Shown one piece after another: positions 19,601-29,640 of a stretch of DNA of 64,000 bases. The number at the start of each line of letters is the position of its first letter. Position 1 is the first letter of the stretch. The notes below the pieces were generated by a model. It was given only the letters and a program-made list of their open reading frames with translations, was not told the origin of the DNA and searched no databases. The position numbers and the translations under genes were made by a program. The stretch spans positions 64,001-128,000 of IMG/VR virus record IMGVR_UViG_3300042453_001086; one strand, given 5' to 3'. This DNA comes from a virus.

Positions 19601-20193
19601 GTGTCTAGTACGTTTTTGATAATGTAGCTACCCTCTAGTGTAGTTACACTAAGACCACGAACGTCAATAGGTGTACCTACTGAAAGTCCGTGTGAAGGAG
19701 CTGTTACGATAATAGTATCGTTGTCATTAGTTACAGCAACTTCAGTTACTACTAGAGGACTATCACCACTTCTACTGAAGAACGATGGAATGTTGTTTAA
19801 CATTTCCAGCGTTTCCCACTTGGTTGACTGAAGACCATATTCAAAGTCTGTGTCAATCAGAGTCTGTGCTTCGGAGATTCTGAACTTTGATACGGGGTCA
19901 GTATACGCTTCATCTGGTTCAAAAGCAACAGCATCTTCTTCGTAAAAGATTTGTAGAGTATCAGTAGCACTCATGCCACTGCAATCTTTTACAAGAGTAA
20001 TAGTTGTCTCTTCGGTATCTGTGTCGAAATCAAATGATGTTGCACCTAGAGTTGGTTCAGCAAAGTTATAGATAATAATATTTTCAGTTACATTAGTAAT
20101 AAGAAGAAGTCTTCTTCTACGAATGTTGCCCTCAATAGTTACTTGATTGGTTGAGGGAGAAAATGTGGATTTGAAAACTAATCGTTTTGCCAT
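13618..20193 (-). CDS. Large virion structural protein with repeated HG(F/L/Y)...Y...G...I.GL....Y(Y/F)V modules (2191 aa)
   Basis: [17 protein letters not shown] start, [26 protein letters not shown] motif, at least six internal repeats, C-terminal domain paralogous to the 464-aa ORF. Confidence 0.7.
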   Translation of the reverse strand: MAKRLVFKSTFSPSTNQVTIEGNIRRRRLLLITNVTENIIIYNFAEPTLGATSFDFDTDTEETTITLVKDCSGMSATDTLQIFYEEDAVAFEPDEAYTDPVSKFRISEAQTLIDTDFEYGLQSTKWETLEMLNNIPSFFSRSGDSPLVVTEVAVTNDNDTIIVTAPSHGLSVGTPIDVRGLSVTTLEGSYIIKNVLDTDRFTFVAREKATFTGSVFGSYTTITPGQFYQGSQVQYKTITTNAANPSTITIETPYPSGFVNGAAFYLTNTIALSNISFDATLVDTADTITSTATVNPTGTQSVGTLDSYNVTIWDKQGASGISNTKAFTSDAVDAATNNITLSSHGFSDNQAVVIFPAAGSTMPGGVTGGRAYVLRTIDVNTFYLTRYWSSTTPVDITSTGSGQFAIVRAHGVRSINYSNDQIKFFENPGWASSQRFVYYRGDQSPALIQQSSAGTTGPADAVGTIADWYTADSANLTSTYFVTGGASADWTINSTSTGNYNVTEGPLLAISPLRKEASAFSGTGTIATTTLTISAVTDGRLEIGSVISGTGVTAGTRITAFGTGTGGTGTYTVSASQTVSTATTITGNLQYSPDSLGVNILNATSRKGTLHGASNSGIALVTPNMISGNFINFGANTTVFTDQTGVALIALPGTTLPAALTNGRAYAIRTTGVASATPAAPALTLVQNGTTALTLSGLSGPGFLLVAGMCINSVTNGVATITMQATDVNNSDAGRGFAISGNTDQKFVYYKGPALANLSSTGNVLQGAEANTAQWYSSGAHATTFIGSVSTTNGSASITVSGSPTAISGALEIGSAVSGPGIPAGAFIIAFGTGAGGAGTYTLNTAANATTSGVITAVNTNLGTTFFSRSYPAATQMTLATTRGGTAFTFSAGYTFAAGGQIHLLVPYRSLETAWTIYQANHGYNDNDEVNYDSNGNTAITGLTTNTKYFVRRYDANRFGLSLTSSGVRINLTDYGTQSFTHSFSQTSGIHAFVPYQEYAARNLINFSSAHGFADNDIVTYSNGGGTSIAGITQNSAVTITAITSTASNFTVTTNSSSWSVGEGVVISGVTPSAYNGSWTIATTNGSTQFTVTSTANPGTGSAFGSVTKGYYIDLSSPTKFGLKTTSVGNRLDLESFGTGSAHVFTKTVTNPTADTIFKANHGLVPGTELVYDDGGNTTIGGLTDLQTYYVKEVIGLDRFTVAASSNGTRINLTSAGTGTQSLNIQTAGSFDGAYTVTNVASPTQYTFDVSAQIPKIQRSLNPTTQLNTTTDVFTITNHRFASGTSVEYSNNGNTSLGNLTNNATYFIIRLDKDTFKLADSYENALGGSARDITSIGTGTSHIFTSSSVVGEVAGTGTVAISSGLTTVTGTNTTFLSTFRVGDTIIINLGTGSVLASEIIAIKSNTSLTIADAAASTTSGLTYLIPSGLYVRPGAFSLHRPFDGGVEINAGYGADSQIIRQTRRYFRYQSGKGLACQFAINFNPSIEIQSITASGNVATVTTLLPHGLVANKTFTVAEAEVSSGVNYYNGTFPVQSVPSQTTFTYVMDGEPSDTSANGFPKLQIRNWNGSAIRCGMFDMQNGMFWEYDGTTLYAVRRNSTQQVAGTINATNNSPVISGQGTRFLEQLSAGDYVAIRGQSYKIVNIASNSTMYVSPSYKGVTTTRAVITKTIDIKVPQHEFSIDKCDGTGPTGYVLNIGKIQMAYIDYSWYGAGKIRFGFKDQNGHVKYMHEFKHNNKEYEAYLRSGNLPARYEILNTGVPAFAPSLAHWGTTIQMDGKYDDDGSYLFTGSSSLLSFSGSSTTTTGTAGNYTYVNTDGSTTTAPTTSSSTSVIPTANVNVTTNRITITAHGFSNGTLLRYDSGGGAVIAPLVNGNYYYVVGSATNDFQLSNTLNGTAIDFTTQGNALQFFRFNFRYNVTLTSVPGYGNRIIHRFRTDASGFAAIGSVSFGTQIASTAINAVTAVAGGQARIYRVLNTGGGSADIDFFFTAAAASQTTNPPGTSGFIAATTSAALTHTVGTDTPIPSLIPMLSIRLAPSVDSGLIGDVGVRDIINRMQLALQTVGMLTTHDIEIRLILNGALSQYNWQNIGRPSLCQYISHVNDDTVTGGTTVFTFRASGGSTESSGKKLSNVFNQAIDNLLSLGNSILGGDGVFPDGPDVLTVAVAPLNTSGITVNSPLSLSSRITWSESQA

Positions 20194-20222
20194 TTTTTAT
20201 ATCTCTGAATATTTTTTACTGA

Positions 20223-20411
20223 TTAACCACCTAGGGCGATTGATAGGGCAAGTGAGGTACTCTGTTTTGCTACTTCAAACCCACCTTGAGTTGCTCCATC
20301 GTGCATGATTACTGTATTCTTATCAGTGTCAAATGTGATTTCCGCTTCGGCTCCAGTAAAAGCAGCGTGCTCAGCGGTAGTTCCTCTTCTGAGTTTGACT
20401 CTGGTAGTCAT
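20223..20411 (-). CDS. Stand-alone Mtd_N-type mini protein (62 aa)
   Basis: KLRRGTTAEHAAFTGAEAEITFDTDKNTVIMHDGATQGG, clearly homologous to the 540-aa N-terminus; follows a late promoter. Confidence 0.75.
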   Translation of the reverse strand: MTTRVKLRRGTTAEHAAFTGAEAEITFDTDKNTVIMHDGATQGGFEVAKQSTSLALSIALGG

Positions 20412-20441
20412 AGAGATACCTATCCTAGTGCTTTCTTTTCT

Positions 20442-20449
20442 TATTTATA
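20442..20449 (-). promoter_or_regulatory. T4-type late promoter TATAAATA
   Basis: Exact consensus in the intergenic gap upstream of 20223..20411. Confidence 0.75.
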
Positions 20450-20452
20450 AGA

Positions 20453-23400
20453 TTAGATAATGGAGACATATGTTCTTCCTGGACGATATGGATTGTTAAC
20501 AGTATTTGCATTACCAGTAACGACAAATATATTTGTGTCTTCTTCTGGATTTCTACTTATAGATTCTGCAGCACCACTAAATGCAAGAACAGATCCAGAT
20601 CCAATAACAATATTGGATTTAATTGTAACTGCTGCACCAGAAATAGTTGTGAAGATATCACTTTCAGCAACATTTGTAGTTGTTTCTGCCGCTTCGCCAA
20701 ATCCAAACAGGGAACCAGAAGCAGAAAACACAATGGTGTGTGATTCTGATGAGAATACATCTACCGTTGCTGTTCCTTTTCCTCGGTAAGATCCAGGAAT
20801 AAACTCCTCAACGGAGAAACCAGTGATTACTGCAGTAACATCTCCATTGAATACTCTAGATCTTGTGTCATCAGAGTAACCACTAACTGTAATGAATACA
20901 GTAGTATCAATCACTACAGTCGCGGTAACAGCACCACTTCCAACATTGTAAAGTGAACCAGAACCCTCGTAGGATTCTGTATTCTTCTCGGTTGCAGCAC
21001 CAGTGAATGTGTAAAGAACTGTATCTTCTGGTGGGTTGACACCGAACGCCTCGGCAGCACCACTTATAGCAAATAGCGAGCCAGATGCTACATAAGATTC
21101 TGTATTGCTCTGGTCTGCAGTGCCAGTGATGGTTGCTGTTCCAGTTCCGTTGTATGCCTCGGTGTTTCTCTCAACAGAGAATACATCAACAGAGATGTCA
21201 CATAGACCGACATAAGACTCGGTGTTCTTCTCGGTAGCTGCTCCACTGTATGTGAAGAGTTGAATGTTTTCTGGTGGATTTGCACCGAATGCTTCCGCTG
21301 CACCACTGAAGTTGGAGATAGAACCAGAACCGTTATATACATTTGTTTTAGTCGATTCAGAATCAACGTTAATATGAATATATCCTTCTGGATAATATTT
21401 TTCGGTATTTTTCTCTGTAGCAACACCAGAAAGATTAAAGAGTTGAATGTTCTCTGGTGGATTTGTGCCAAATGCCTCTGCTGCACCAGATGCTGTAGAT
21501 ATAGATCCAGTGCCAACATAAGATTTAAATATTGGTGCATATGCATCGCCAAATACTGTTAAAGATCCACTAGAATCATATGCTTCTGTATTTCTCTCAA
21601 CTGCTTCTCCACTGATAGTAAAGAGTTGTGTTGTTTCTCCGCCTTGAGATGTGAAGGATTCTGTGGCAGATCCAACGAACGTGAAGAGAACTGTATCCTC
21701 TGTTGGTTGAACAGTGAAGGACTCTGCAGCACCGTTGTAGTTGAAGAGTTGACCAGTACCAACATAGGACTCGGTATTCTTCTCAACTGCACTGCCAGTA
21801 ACAAACTCTGTGCCAGTGCCGACTTCTTTGTATGTATTGAGAACAACAGAAGATCCAACAAACGTAAATAGTGCAATATCTTCTGGTGGATTTGCACCAA
21901 ATGCTTCTGCTGCTCCAGTGTATGTAAATAGTTGACCAGAACCAACATAAACAGGCGAGAAGCTTTCAAGTCCAACACCAGAAGCAGTGAGAGTTCCTGT
22001 GCCATTGTATGCTTCAGTGTTCTTCTCAACTGCCGTGCCACTGAGAGTTGCAGTGCCAGTAGCAAAGTGTGCTTCAGTATTTCTCTCAACTGCTGCACCG
22101 CTGATAATGAAGAGATGAGTATTCTCTGGTGGTTGAGCAACGAATGCTTCAGCAGCAGAGCTAGAGAATGTGAAGAGAACTGTATTCTCTGGGGTCTGAG
22201 CAGAGAATGCCTCTGCTGCACCAGATAGAGCAGTGATTAATCCAGTTCCAATATAGGACTCTGTGTTCTTCTCTACTGCTGTGCCGCTGAGTGTCTCTGT
22301 ACCAGTGCCGACATATGCCTCTGTATTTCTTTCTGTAGCAGCACCAGAGTAAACAAATAGATGAGTATTCTCTGGTGGATTGACACCGAATGCTTCGGCA
22401 GCACCAGATAGAGTTGAAACAGAACCAGTACCGATGTAAACTTCGGTGTTCTTCTCCACGCCAACACCAGAAGCAGTGGTAGTTCCAGTACCAACATATG
22501 CTTCGGTATTTCTTTCCTTGGCAGTACCAGATAGTGTCTCTGTTCCAGTACCAACCCAAGATTCTGTATTCTTCTCTGTTGCTGTGCCAGCGAATGTGTA
22601 TAGTAGAGTATCTTCGTCTGGGTTGATTGTTCTGCTTTCTGCAGCACCATTGAATGTGAAGAGTTCGCCAGATCCAGTGAATGTCTCTGTGTTCTTCTCA
22701 ATGGCAACACCAGAAGCAGTGGTAGAACCAGTACCAACATATGCTTCTGTATTTCTCTCAACATGAGATACGGAGATTGTGTATGTTCCTTGACCGTCTG
22801 TTTCAAATCTGTAGAGATAGATAACTCTAGTTTCTGCGACACCAGAAGAGACGAAGAGGTGTGTATTTTCTGGTGGATTGACAGTGAAAGATTCTGCCGC
22901 ACCAGAAACAGTGGATAAGGAACCAGATCCAACAAACGCTTCCGTATTCTTCTCTACACAGACACCGCTTGCAGTTGTGGATCCTGTGCCAACGTAGGAC
23001 TCGGTGTTCTTCTCTACCGCAGCTCCAGTGTAGGTGAATAGTGTAATATCTTCTGGTGGGTTGGCACCAAATGCTTCAGCAGCACCAGAGATTGTAGAAA
23101 CAACACCAGTACCGATGTAAACTTCGGTGGTATTGTAAATACCAGCACCACTTAAAGTCTCTGTGCCAGAACCAACGAATGCTTCGGTGTTCTTTTCAAC
23201 TGCTGTTCCAGTAATAGATTCAGTTCCAACACCAACATAAGACTCAGTGTTCTTCTCTGTAGCAGCTCCAGTGTAAGTGAATAGTTGAGTGTTCTCTGGT
23301 GGATTAGCACCAAATGCTTCCACTGCGCCAGACAGAACAGAGAAGGTGCCAGTTCCAACGTAGGACTCGGTGTTCTTCTCTGCGCCAACACCGCTGAGTG

Positions 23401-26400
23401 TCTCTGTTCCTGTGCCAGCAAATGCTTCAGTGTTCTTCTCTGTGGAGAATACATCAATCGTAAAGATTGGATTATCACCAACATAATCTTCGGTATTTCT
23501 CTCAACCGCTGCTCCACTGAGAGTGGTTGTGCCAGATGCAGATGCTGTGTAGACTGCAATCTCTCTAGTATTGCCAACGCCAGATACAGAGAAGAGTTGA
23601 GTGTTTTCTGGGGGATTAGCGCCGAATACTTCAGCAGATCCAGATGCGGTGAATAGGTTACCAGAACCGTTGAAGCTTTCTGTGTTTCTTTCGGTTGAGA
23701 ATACATCAATAGAAGTGCTGCCAGTACCAATGTATCTTTCTGTGTTGCTTTCAACTGCAGAACCACCGAAAGTAAACTGACCTGTCGCACCAATAATAGT
23801 TTCTTCGTAACGAATATATCCATAATCAAATATGCCGCTAGTTGGTGGTAGAGCGACAGATCCATAATCAATGTCAATAGATGGAATCTCAGTAACAAAC
23901 TCATAATCAACTTCATTAAATCCGATAACAACATCAATATTGTAAACATAAGTTACAGACTCAGCAGCACCACTAAATCCGAATAGAGATCCAGTACCGA
24001 CATAAGATTCTGTGTTTGTAACTACAGCAGAACCAGATGTGGTTGTTGTGCCAGTTCCATTGAAGGCGTTGACTTCCTTATAAGAAGCAGCACCAGATGT
24101 GAAGAATGTAATATAATCAGTATATGGGAAGTAACCAATGAAGAAGATTGATCCACTGATGCTAACGAGAACACCAGATCCAACGAAGGACTTGACGAGA
24201 TCTTCGTCACCTTCACCTGTGAGAGTTTGAGATCCAGTACCGACCCAGGACTCAGTGTGCTTGATGTCAGAAGCAGCACCAGTGTATGTGAATAGCTGTG
24301 TATTCTCTGGTGGGTTGACTCCAAAGACTTCTGCAGCACCAGATGTTGCAAATAGAGAACCAGAAGCAATCTCTCTGGGAGTTGAGCGAACAATAGAAGT
24401 TGGAATAATCTCAATGTAGTTTCTTACTGTAGTGCCGTTATCAATAAACTCACTGGCAATAGAAGAAATCAGACCATAATCTTCTGTGGATGTTGTAGCA
24501 TCCTTAATAAGATTTCTATACTCATTGACAACTTCGACAGTTTCAACTGTGTAATCGTAAGTTCTTCTCTCTTCAGAATCAATAAATGTGAATGCGTTAC
24601 CAGAACCAACATAAGATTCGGTATTCTTTTCAGTAGATTCGACATCAATATTGATTGTTCCATTACCGATCCAGTTTGGAACGAAACGCATTGTGTGTGT
24701 AACGTCAATCTCAGTTGTTCCTGCGCCAATATAAGACTCTGTGTTCTTCTCGGTAGCAACACCTGAGTAGACAAAGAGTTGTGTGGATTCTGGTGGATTT
24801 GCACCAAATACTTCAGCAGCACCAAATGCAGTGAATAGAGATCCAGTGCCAATCTCAGATACAGAAGTTACATCAACAGCAACACCAGTTACGGAAATAT
24901 TTTGTGTATTCTCTGGTGGATTGAATCCAGCAGACTCGATAGCAACACCAGAGAATGTAAACTGAGCAAAGTCTTCTGGTGGGTTTGCTCTGAACTTCTC
25001 TGTTGCTGTTCCGCTTGTTTGGAATAGCTGAATATTTTCTGGTGGGTTCGCACCAAATACTTCAGCAGCACCAGATGATGTAAATAGATTACCAGATCCG
25101 ATTTCAGCAACGGATACAGGTACTGTACCAGTGCCACTGATAGTGATTGTGCCATCCTTGCTGACCCAACGTGGAATCTCGCGTACCTTGCCAAAACCAC
25201 TGATAGTAATAGTACCAGAAGCAGTATATAATCCTTCTCCAAAAGATTCTGAGGCAGTTCCTCTTAGGAATAAGAAATCAAAGTCTACTGCACCATATGA
25301 TTCAGTTTGTGTGAATGCTATGTCAACAGTGCCATAATCTTCGGAAGAAGTAATGGCATCAGTAATCAATCCATAATCATCTACACTTAGTAGATTGGAT
25401 TGAGATACAGTGTAGTCATACGTTCTACTTTCAATCTTATCAACAATCTCAAATAGAGTTCCAGTACCAACATAAGATTCAGTATTCCTTTCAACTGCAG
25501 ATCCACTGAGAGTAAAGAGCTGAGTATCTTCGCCACCTTGAGTAGTAAACTTCTCTACCGCAACACCAGAGAATATAAACTGTGCAAAATCTTCTGGTGG
25601 GTTCGCTCTGAACTTCTCAACTGCATTGCCACTAGTAGCGAAGAGTTGGATATTTTCTGGTGGGTTGGCACCAGTAGATTCTGCTGCACCAGAAGCATTG
25701 AAGAGATTGCCAACACCAATATAATCTTCGGTGTTCTTCTCAACTGCACTACCAGTAATAGATTCAGTTCCAACACCAACGTAAGATTCCGTATTCTTCT
25801 CAACAGCTGCGCCCGAGATAACAAAGATCTGAGTATTCTCTGGGGTATTTGGAGAGAATGCTTCAATCGCAGCACCACTTAGGTTGATTGAACCGAATGG
25901 TAGTACAGATTCGGTGAAGATTACTGTGCCATAATCTACTTCGCCACCAGAGAATGCACCAGCAACAGTACCATAATCAATCTCTATAAATGCGGCAGCA
26001 CTGATAGAACCATAATCAACATCTAGGAACGGTACTACGTCGTTTAGATCATAGACATAGGTTCTGCTTTCATCCGAATCAATGAACTCAAATAGAGTAC
26101 CTGTGCCAACATAGGATTCGGTGTGCTTCTCAACCGATGTAATATCAATATTGATAGTACCCGAACCATTCCATTTTGGATTGACCTTGACTATAGCAGC
26201 ACCAGATACTTGGAATAGTTGTGTATTCTCTGGTGGGTTTGCACCAAACGCTTCTGCAGAACCATTGGTTGTGAAAGCGAAACCAAATCCAACATATGCT
26301 GGTATGAGTTTTCTGAGTTCTGAGAATACATCTAATGTTGCCTGACCAGTACCAACATAAGACTCAGTATTCTTCTCTACGCCACTGCCAGTATATGTAA

Positions 26401-29400
26401 AGGTTACTGTCTGTTCTGGTGTTTGAGCAACAAACTTCTCAACCGCAGTACCATTAGTATCAAATAGTTGTGTATCTTCTGGTGTCTGAGCGGATAGTTT
26501 TTCTATCGCATAACCATAGAGTTTGAGGTAATCTCTTACTACGCTACCAGCAGTCTCAAACTCAGTAGCAGCAGACGTGATCAATCCGAAGTCTTCTGTA
26601 GATCCAGCAGACTCTCTGAGATCACCATAATCAGAGAGAACATGAATAGATGCTTGAGCAACTGTGTAAGACTCAGTGTTCTTCTCAACCTTAGTAACAT
26701 CAATAGAAGTGCTACCAGTACCAACGTAGTCTTCTGTATTCTTCTCTACACCAGCACCAGAGAATGTGAAGAGTTGAGTTGTCTCACCGCCTTGTGTAGT
26801 GAACTTAATAATATGACTACCAGAAAGAGTAAACTGAGCAAAGTCTTCTGGTGGATTTGCTCTGAACTTCTCTGTTGCTGTTCCGCTAATGTCATATAGC
26901 GAGAAGTCTTCGGACGGATTAGCACCAAATGCTTCAGCTGCACCAGAAGTGTTGAAGAGGTTACCAGTACCTACATAAGATTCTGTATTCTTCTCTACAG
27001 CAGATCCAGTGAGATTTACAGAACCAACACCAATGATGCTTACCGCAAGAGGTAGAACAACAGCACCACTTAATGTGATTGTTCCGCCATTATCAACGAT
27101 GTTCTTGCTGAATAGTTCAACAGCAAAACCAGAAGTCGTCCACAATCCATAAGGGACTACTTCATTATTAAATGTGATTATACCATAATCTTGTTCGCCA
27201 CCTGTATTAGGAGCACTTACGCTACCAAGATCAATATCATTTGTTGGAGATTGAGTGACACTACCATAATCAAACTCAAAGAATGGAACAAACGAATCAA
27301 AGCTGTAGCGATAAGTTACAGACTCTGCAGCACCAGAGAACGAAGAGAATGTGCCATCACCAATATAAACCTCAGTGTTCTTCTCAACCGCTGCTCCAGT
27401 GAACTGGAATATTTGAGTGTCTTCTGGCGTCTGAGCAACAAAGGATTCGGTGGCAGCACCAGAGAATGTGAAGAGCGAGAAGTCTTCTGGTGTCTGAGCA
27501 ATAAACTTCTCAACTGCAGATCCAGCAATATCATAGTAATCGCTAGTGAGATAACGATAATCTATATTAGTTGCAGACTGCGTGATGAGACCATAATCTT
27601 CAGACTCTGTTACTGCCGTCAGATCGCCGTAGGAAGCGAATAGATCGGTGACATCAGATAGTTCCGCTACATACGTTTCAGTGTTCTTCTCAACGCTTAT
27701 AACGTTGATTGAGGCGCTTCCAGTACCTACATAGTCCTCGGTGTTCTTCTCCACCGCAGCGCCGCTTAGAGCGAAGAGTTGCGTGGTTTCTCCAGCACCA
27801 CTGGTGAACTTCAGGTCAGTATATTCGCCAGCAAAAACAATACTTCTTGGTTGATTAGAAGTTAATCTGATCTCGGTAATGCCGTAGTTATCAAAACCAG
27901 TTCCACTTGAAGATGCTTGTAGTATTTTGAAAATAGTGGAAGATGTTTTAGCAGCACTTGGTATAGTTAATGATACATTTTTTAGTGTGTTAAAAGACGT
28001 ATCATTGTATGATACTATAGGACCAATAATAGTAAATGTAGTTCCGCCATTTATACTGTATTCTAATATTAAATTTTCTGATGATGTATCTGGATCTTCA
28101 CCGCCGTTATTATCGTTTCCTCTTATTGCACTGAATGAAATGCTGTCGTAAGTTGTAGTATCAAGGGGTGTTAATAGAAAACTTCTTGAACCTAATCCAT
28201 TGAATTTAATATGCCTACCAATATTAAATCCGCCATCATCACCAACTCCAGTGCCTGAGTTAGATATTGCTACATTAATAAAACTATTTGTATTAAGTTT
28301 ATTTGAATATGTGGATAAAGTTGTGGTAACAATACTATTACCTACATATGTGTCAGTATTCTTTTCTACTGCAGAACCAATATAAGAGAATATTTCAACA
28401 CTGCTTGGTATAACTGAACTAGTTGATTGCGATGCTCCAAATGCAGTGAAGAGACCACCAGTTCCTATATAAGATTCTGTATTTTTTTCAATATGAGTGA
28501 CATTAGTAGAAATAGATCCACTGCCAATAATAACAGCATTAACTGGAACAATACTAAAACCAGATATCGCAATCTGAGTTCCAGTAGTTATTGTTTTCTT
28601 ATTAAATGACTCTAATCCAGTACCATTTGTTTCGTAGAGACCAAATGGAGTTACTTCGGAATTATTTGTGATTAGACCATAATCTTTCTCTCCATCATTA
28701 TTCTGTTGAACTACAAATCCAAAATCAATATCTGGATTTATTGGAGAAGAAAGAGATCCATAATCTAATATATTAAATGGTAATGCGTTTTCAAAATCAT
28801 AACTTCTAACATGCACCTCCGAGGAGGTGATATCCAATCGCAGGGGACCAGAAGTTCCAACAGTAGAAAATGCTTTTTCTATTTCATTAGCAGATCCACC
28901 AATCTCAAATGGCGTTCCGCTGCCAACCCAATAAGACAATGATGTTGACGAAGAAGCGCCATAAAAATAAAATAATGTTGTTTCTGCATCTTCTTTTGTA
29001 ACAAACTTAACCAGTGCTTCATTTGAAGCGTAGGTATAAGCAGTTTCCATTGCAAGAACACTTTGGTTCTGTATGATTAGGTAACGATCTTCTCTGGTGG
29101 TTATGCCATCACCAGCTGTTAAAGTGCCATAATCTTCTGAACTATCTGGTGTTGTCGCTGTAAATGTAGTTACAACACCTAGATCTTCATTTGTTGCTGT
29201 GTCTCCTAACAGACCCCAATCCTGAGTTTCTGCAGATTGGGTGTCAATAGTTCCATATCTTTCTATTAATACAATATCACCATAATCTTCCGAAGTGTAG
29301 AGATTATCGGAAGTCGATGAGTATCTATATCTTTTTGGTTTCCAGTATGTTGCTGAACCATTTACAGTGGCAAAACCATAGGGAGTATCGTTTCCCTGAC

Positions 29401-29551
29401 GCACTGTAACGGTATCGTATGATTCCTGTGAAGTTGATGCTACGTTTACTGCACCAAAATCCTCAGTAGACGTAGCGGGTGTATATGTAAACCCGTTATC
29501 TACTGAGGAAAAAGGATAACTGTCAGTACTATCGTAAACGTATGACGCCAT
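20453..29551 (-). CDS. Giant acidic tandem-repeat protein (3032 aa), probably virion-associated
   Basis: Uninterrupted 9.1-kb ORF built from recurring AVEKNTE(S/A)(Y/F)VG(T/S)G, GAAE(A/V)FG(A/V)NPPE(N/D)TQLF and (E/D)DYG.I units; lies inside the late structural module. Confidence 0.75.
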   Translation of the reverse strand: MASYVYDSTDSYPFSSVDNGFTYTPATSTEDFGAVNVASTSQESYDTVTVRQGNDTPYGFATVNGSATYWKPKRYRYSSTSDNLYTSEDYGDIVLIERYGTIDTQSAETQDWGLLGDTATNEDLGVVTTFTATTPDSSEDYGTLTAGDGITTREDRYLIIQNQSVLAMETAYTYASNEALVKFVTKEDAETTLFYFYGASSSTSLSYWVGSGTPFEIGGSANEIEKAFSTVGTSGPLRLDITSSEVHVRSYDFENALPFNILDYGSLSSPINPDIDFGFVVQQNNDGEKDYGLITNNSEVTPFGLYETNGTGLESFNKKTITTGTQIAISGFSIVPVNAVIIGSGSISTNVTHIEKNTESYIGTGGLFTAFGASQSTSSVIPSSVEIFSYIGSAVEKNTDTYVGNSIVTTTLSTYSNKLNTNSFINVAISNSGTGVGDDGGFNIGRHIKFNGLGSRSFLLTPLDTTTYDSISFSAIRGNDNNGGEDPDTSSENLILEYSINGGTTFTIIGPIVSYNDTSFNTLKNVSLTIPSAAKTSSTIFKILQASSSGTGFDNYGITEIRLTSNQPRSIVFAGEYTDLKFTSGAGETTQLFALSGAAVEKNTEDYVGTGSASINVISVEKNTETYVAELSDVTDLFASYGDLTAVTESEDYGLITQSATNIDYRYLTSDYYDIAGSAVEKFIAQTPEDFSLFTFSGAATESFVAQTPEDTQIFQFTGAAVEKNTEVYIGDGTFSSFSGAAESVTYRYSFDSFVPFFEFDYGSVTQSPTNDIDLGSVSAPNTGGEQDYGIITFNNEVVPYGLWTTSGFAVELFSKNIVDNGGTITLSGAVVLPLAVSIIGVGSVNLTGSAVEKNTESYVGTGNLFNTSGAAEAFGANPSEDFSLYDISGTATEKFRANPPEDFAQFTLSGSHIIKFTTQGGETTQLFTFSGAGVEKNTEDYVGTGSTSIDVTKVEKNTESYTVAQASIHVLSDYGDLRESAGSTEDFGLITSAATEFETAGSVVRDYLKLYGYAIEKLSAQTPEDTQLFDTNGTAVEKFVAQTPEQTVTFTYTGSGVEKNTESYVGTGQATLDVFSELRKLIPAYVGFGFAFTTNGSAEAFGANPPENTQLFQVSGAAIVKVNPKWNGSGTINIDITSVEKHTESYVGTGTLFEFIDSDESRTYVYDLNDVVPFLDVDYGSISAAAFIEIDYGTVAGAFSGGEVDYGTVIFTESVLPFGSINLSGAAIEAFSPNTPENTQIFVISGAAVEKNTESYVGVGTESITGSAVEKNTEDYIGVGNLFNASGAAESTGANPPENIQLFATSGNAVEKFRANPPEDFAQFIFSGVAVEKFTTQGGEDTQLFTLSGSAVERNTESYVGTGTLFEIVDKIESRTYDYTVSQSNLLSVDDYGLITDAITSSEDYGTVDIAFTQTESYGAVDFDFLFLRGTASESFGEGLYTASGTITISGFGKVREIPRWVSKDGTITISGTGTVPVSVAEIGSGNLFTSSGAAEVFGANPPENIQLFQTSGTATEKFRANPPEDFAQFTFSGVAIESAGFNPPENTQNISVTGVAVDVTSVSEIGTGSLFTAFGAAEVFGANPPESTQLFVYSGVATEKNTESYIGAGTTEIDVTHTMRFVPNWIGNGTINIDVESTEKNTESYVGSGNAFTFIDSEERRTYDYTVETVEVVNEYRNLIKDATTSTEDYGLISSIASEFIDNGTTVRNYIEIIPTSIVRSTPREIASGSLFATSGAAEVFGVNPPENTQLFTYTGAASDIKHTESWVGTGSQTLTGEGDEDLVKSFVGSGVLVSISGSIFFIGYFPYTDYITFFTSGAASYKEVNAFNGTGTTTTSGSAVVTNTESYVGTGSLFGFSGAAESVTYVYNIDVVIGFNEVDYEFVTEIPSIDIDYGSVALPPTSGIFDYGYIRYEETIIGATGQFTFGGSAVESNTERYIGTGSTSIDVFSTERNTESFNGSGNLFTASGSAEVFGANPPENTQLFSVSGVGNTREIAVYTASASGTTTLSGAAVERNTEDYVGDNPIFTIDVFSTEKNTEAFAGTGTETLSGVGAEKNTESYVGTGTFSVLSGAVEAFGANPPENTQLFTYTGAATEKNTESYVGVGTESITGTAVEKNTEAFVGSGTETLSGAGIYNTTEVYIGTGVVSTISGAAEAFGANPPEDITLFTYTGAAVEKNTESYVGTGSTTASGVCVEKNTEAFVGSGSLSTVSGAAESFTVNPPENTHLFVSSGVAETRVIYLYRFETDGQGTYTISVSHVERNTEAYVGTGSTTASGVAIEKNTETFTGSGELFTFNGAAESRTINPDEDTLLYTFAGTATEKNTESWVGTGTETLSGTAKERNTEAYVGTGTTTASGVGVEKNTEVYIGTGSVSTLSGAAEAFGVNPPENTHLFVYSGAATERNTEAYVGTGTETLSGTAVEKNTESYIGTGLITALSGAAEAFSAQTPENTVLFTFSSSAAEAFVAQPPENTHLFIISGAAVERNTEAHFATGTATLSGTAVEKNTEAYNGTGTLTASGVGLESFSPVYVGSGQLFTYTGAAEAFGANPPEDIALFTFVGSSVVLNTYKEVGTGTEFVTGSAVEKNTESYVGTGQLFNYNGAAESFTVQPTEDTVLFTFVGSATESFTSQGGETTQLFTISGEAVERNTEAYDSSGSLTVFGDAYAPIFKSYVGTGSISTASGAAEAFGTNPPENIQLFNLSGVATEKNTEKYYPEGYIHINVDSESTKTNVYNGSGSISNFSGAAEAFGANPPENIQLFTYSGAATEKNTESYVGLCDISVDVFSVERNTEAYNGTGTATITGTADQSNTESYVASGSLFAISGAAEAFGVNPPEDTVLYTFTGAATEKNTESYEGSGSLYNVGSGAVTATVVIDTTVFITVSGYSDDTRSRVFNGDVTAVITGFSVEEFIPGSYRGKGTATVDVFSSESHTIVFSASGSLFGFGEAAETTTNVAESDIFTTISGAAVTIKSNIVIGSGSVLAFSGAAESISRNPEEDTNIFVVTGNANTVNNPYRPGRTYVSII

Positions 29552-29574
29552 GTATTACCAAGCCCTCTTTTAGT

Positions 29575-29605
29575 AAAAAAGGGGATTGCCAAGGCAGCAA
29601 TCCCC
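29575..29605 (-). terminator. Intrinsic terminator
   Basis: Minus strand GGGGATTGC-TGCCTTG-GCAATCCCC followed by TTTTTT, downstream of the 359-aa gene. Confidence 0.85.
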
Positions 29606-29640
29606 AAATAATATAGAAAAGTATTCTTTTCTAGGAGATA

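Noticed and set aside
11963-20411. Diversity-generating retroelement suggested by Mtd_N domains
   Set aside because: No reverse transcriptase and no template/variable repeat pair differing at adenines was seen; Mtd_N alone is a generic fibre anchor.
21088-25878. Long alternative-frame minus-strand ORFs (up to 265 aa) inside the 3032-aa gene, suggesting overprinting or frameshifting
   Set aside because: They all fall in one shifted frame with Leu/Val/Gln-rich nonsense. This is expected from the repeat protein's biased codons; no slippery site or RBS supports them.
20453-29551. Recurrent gtgttcttctc-type nucleotide repeats as a CRISPR array or mobile repeat
   Set aside because: They are in-frame codons of the EKNT peptide repeat, with wobble variation.
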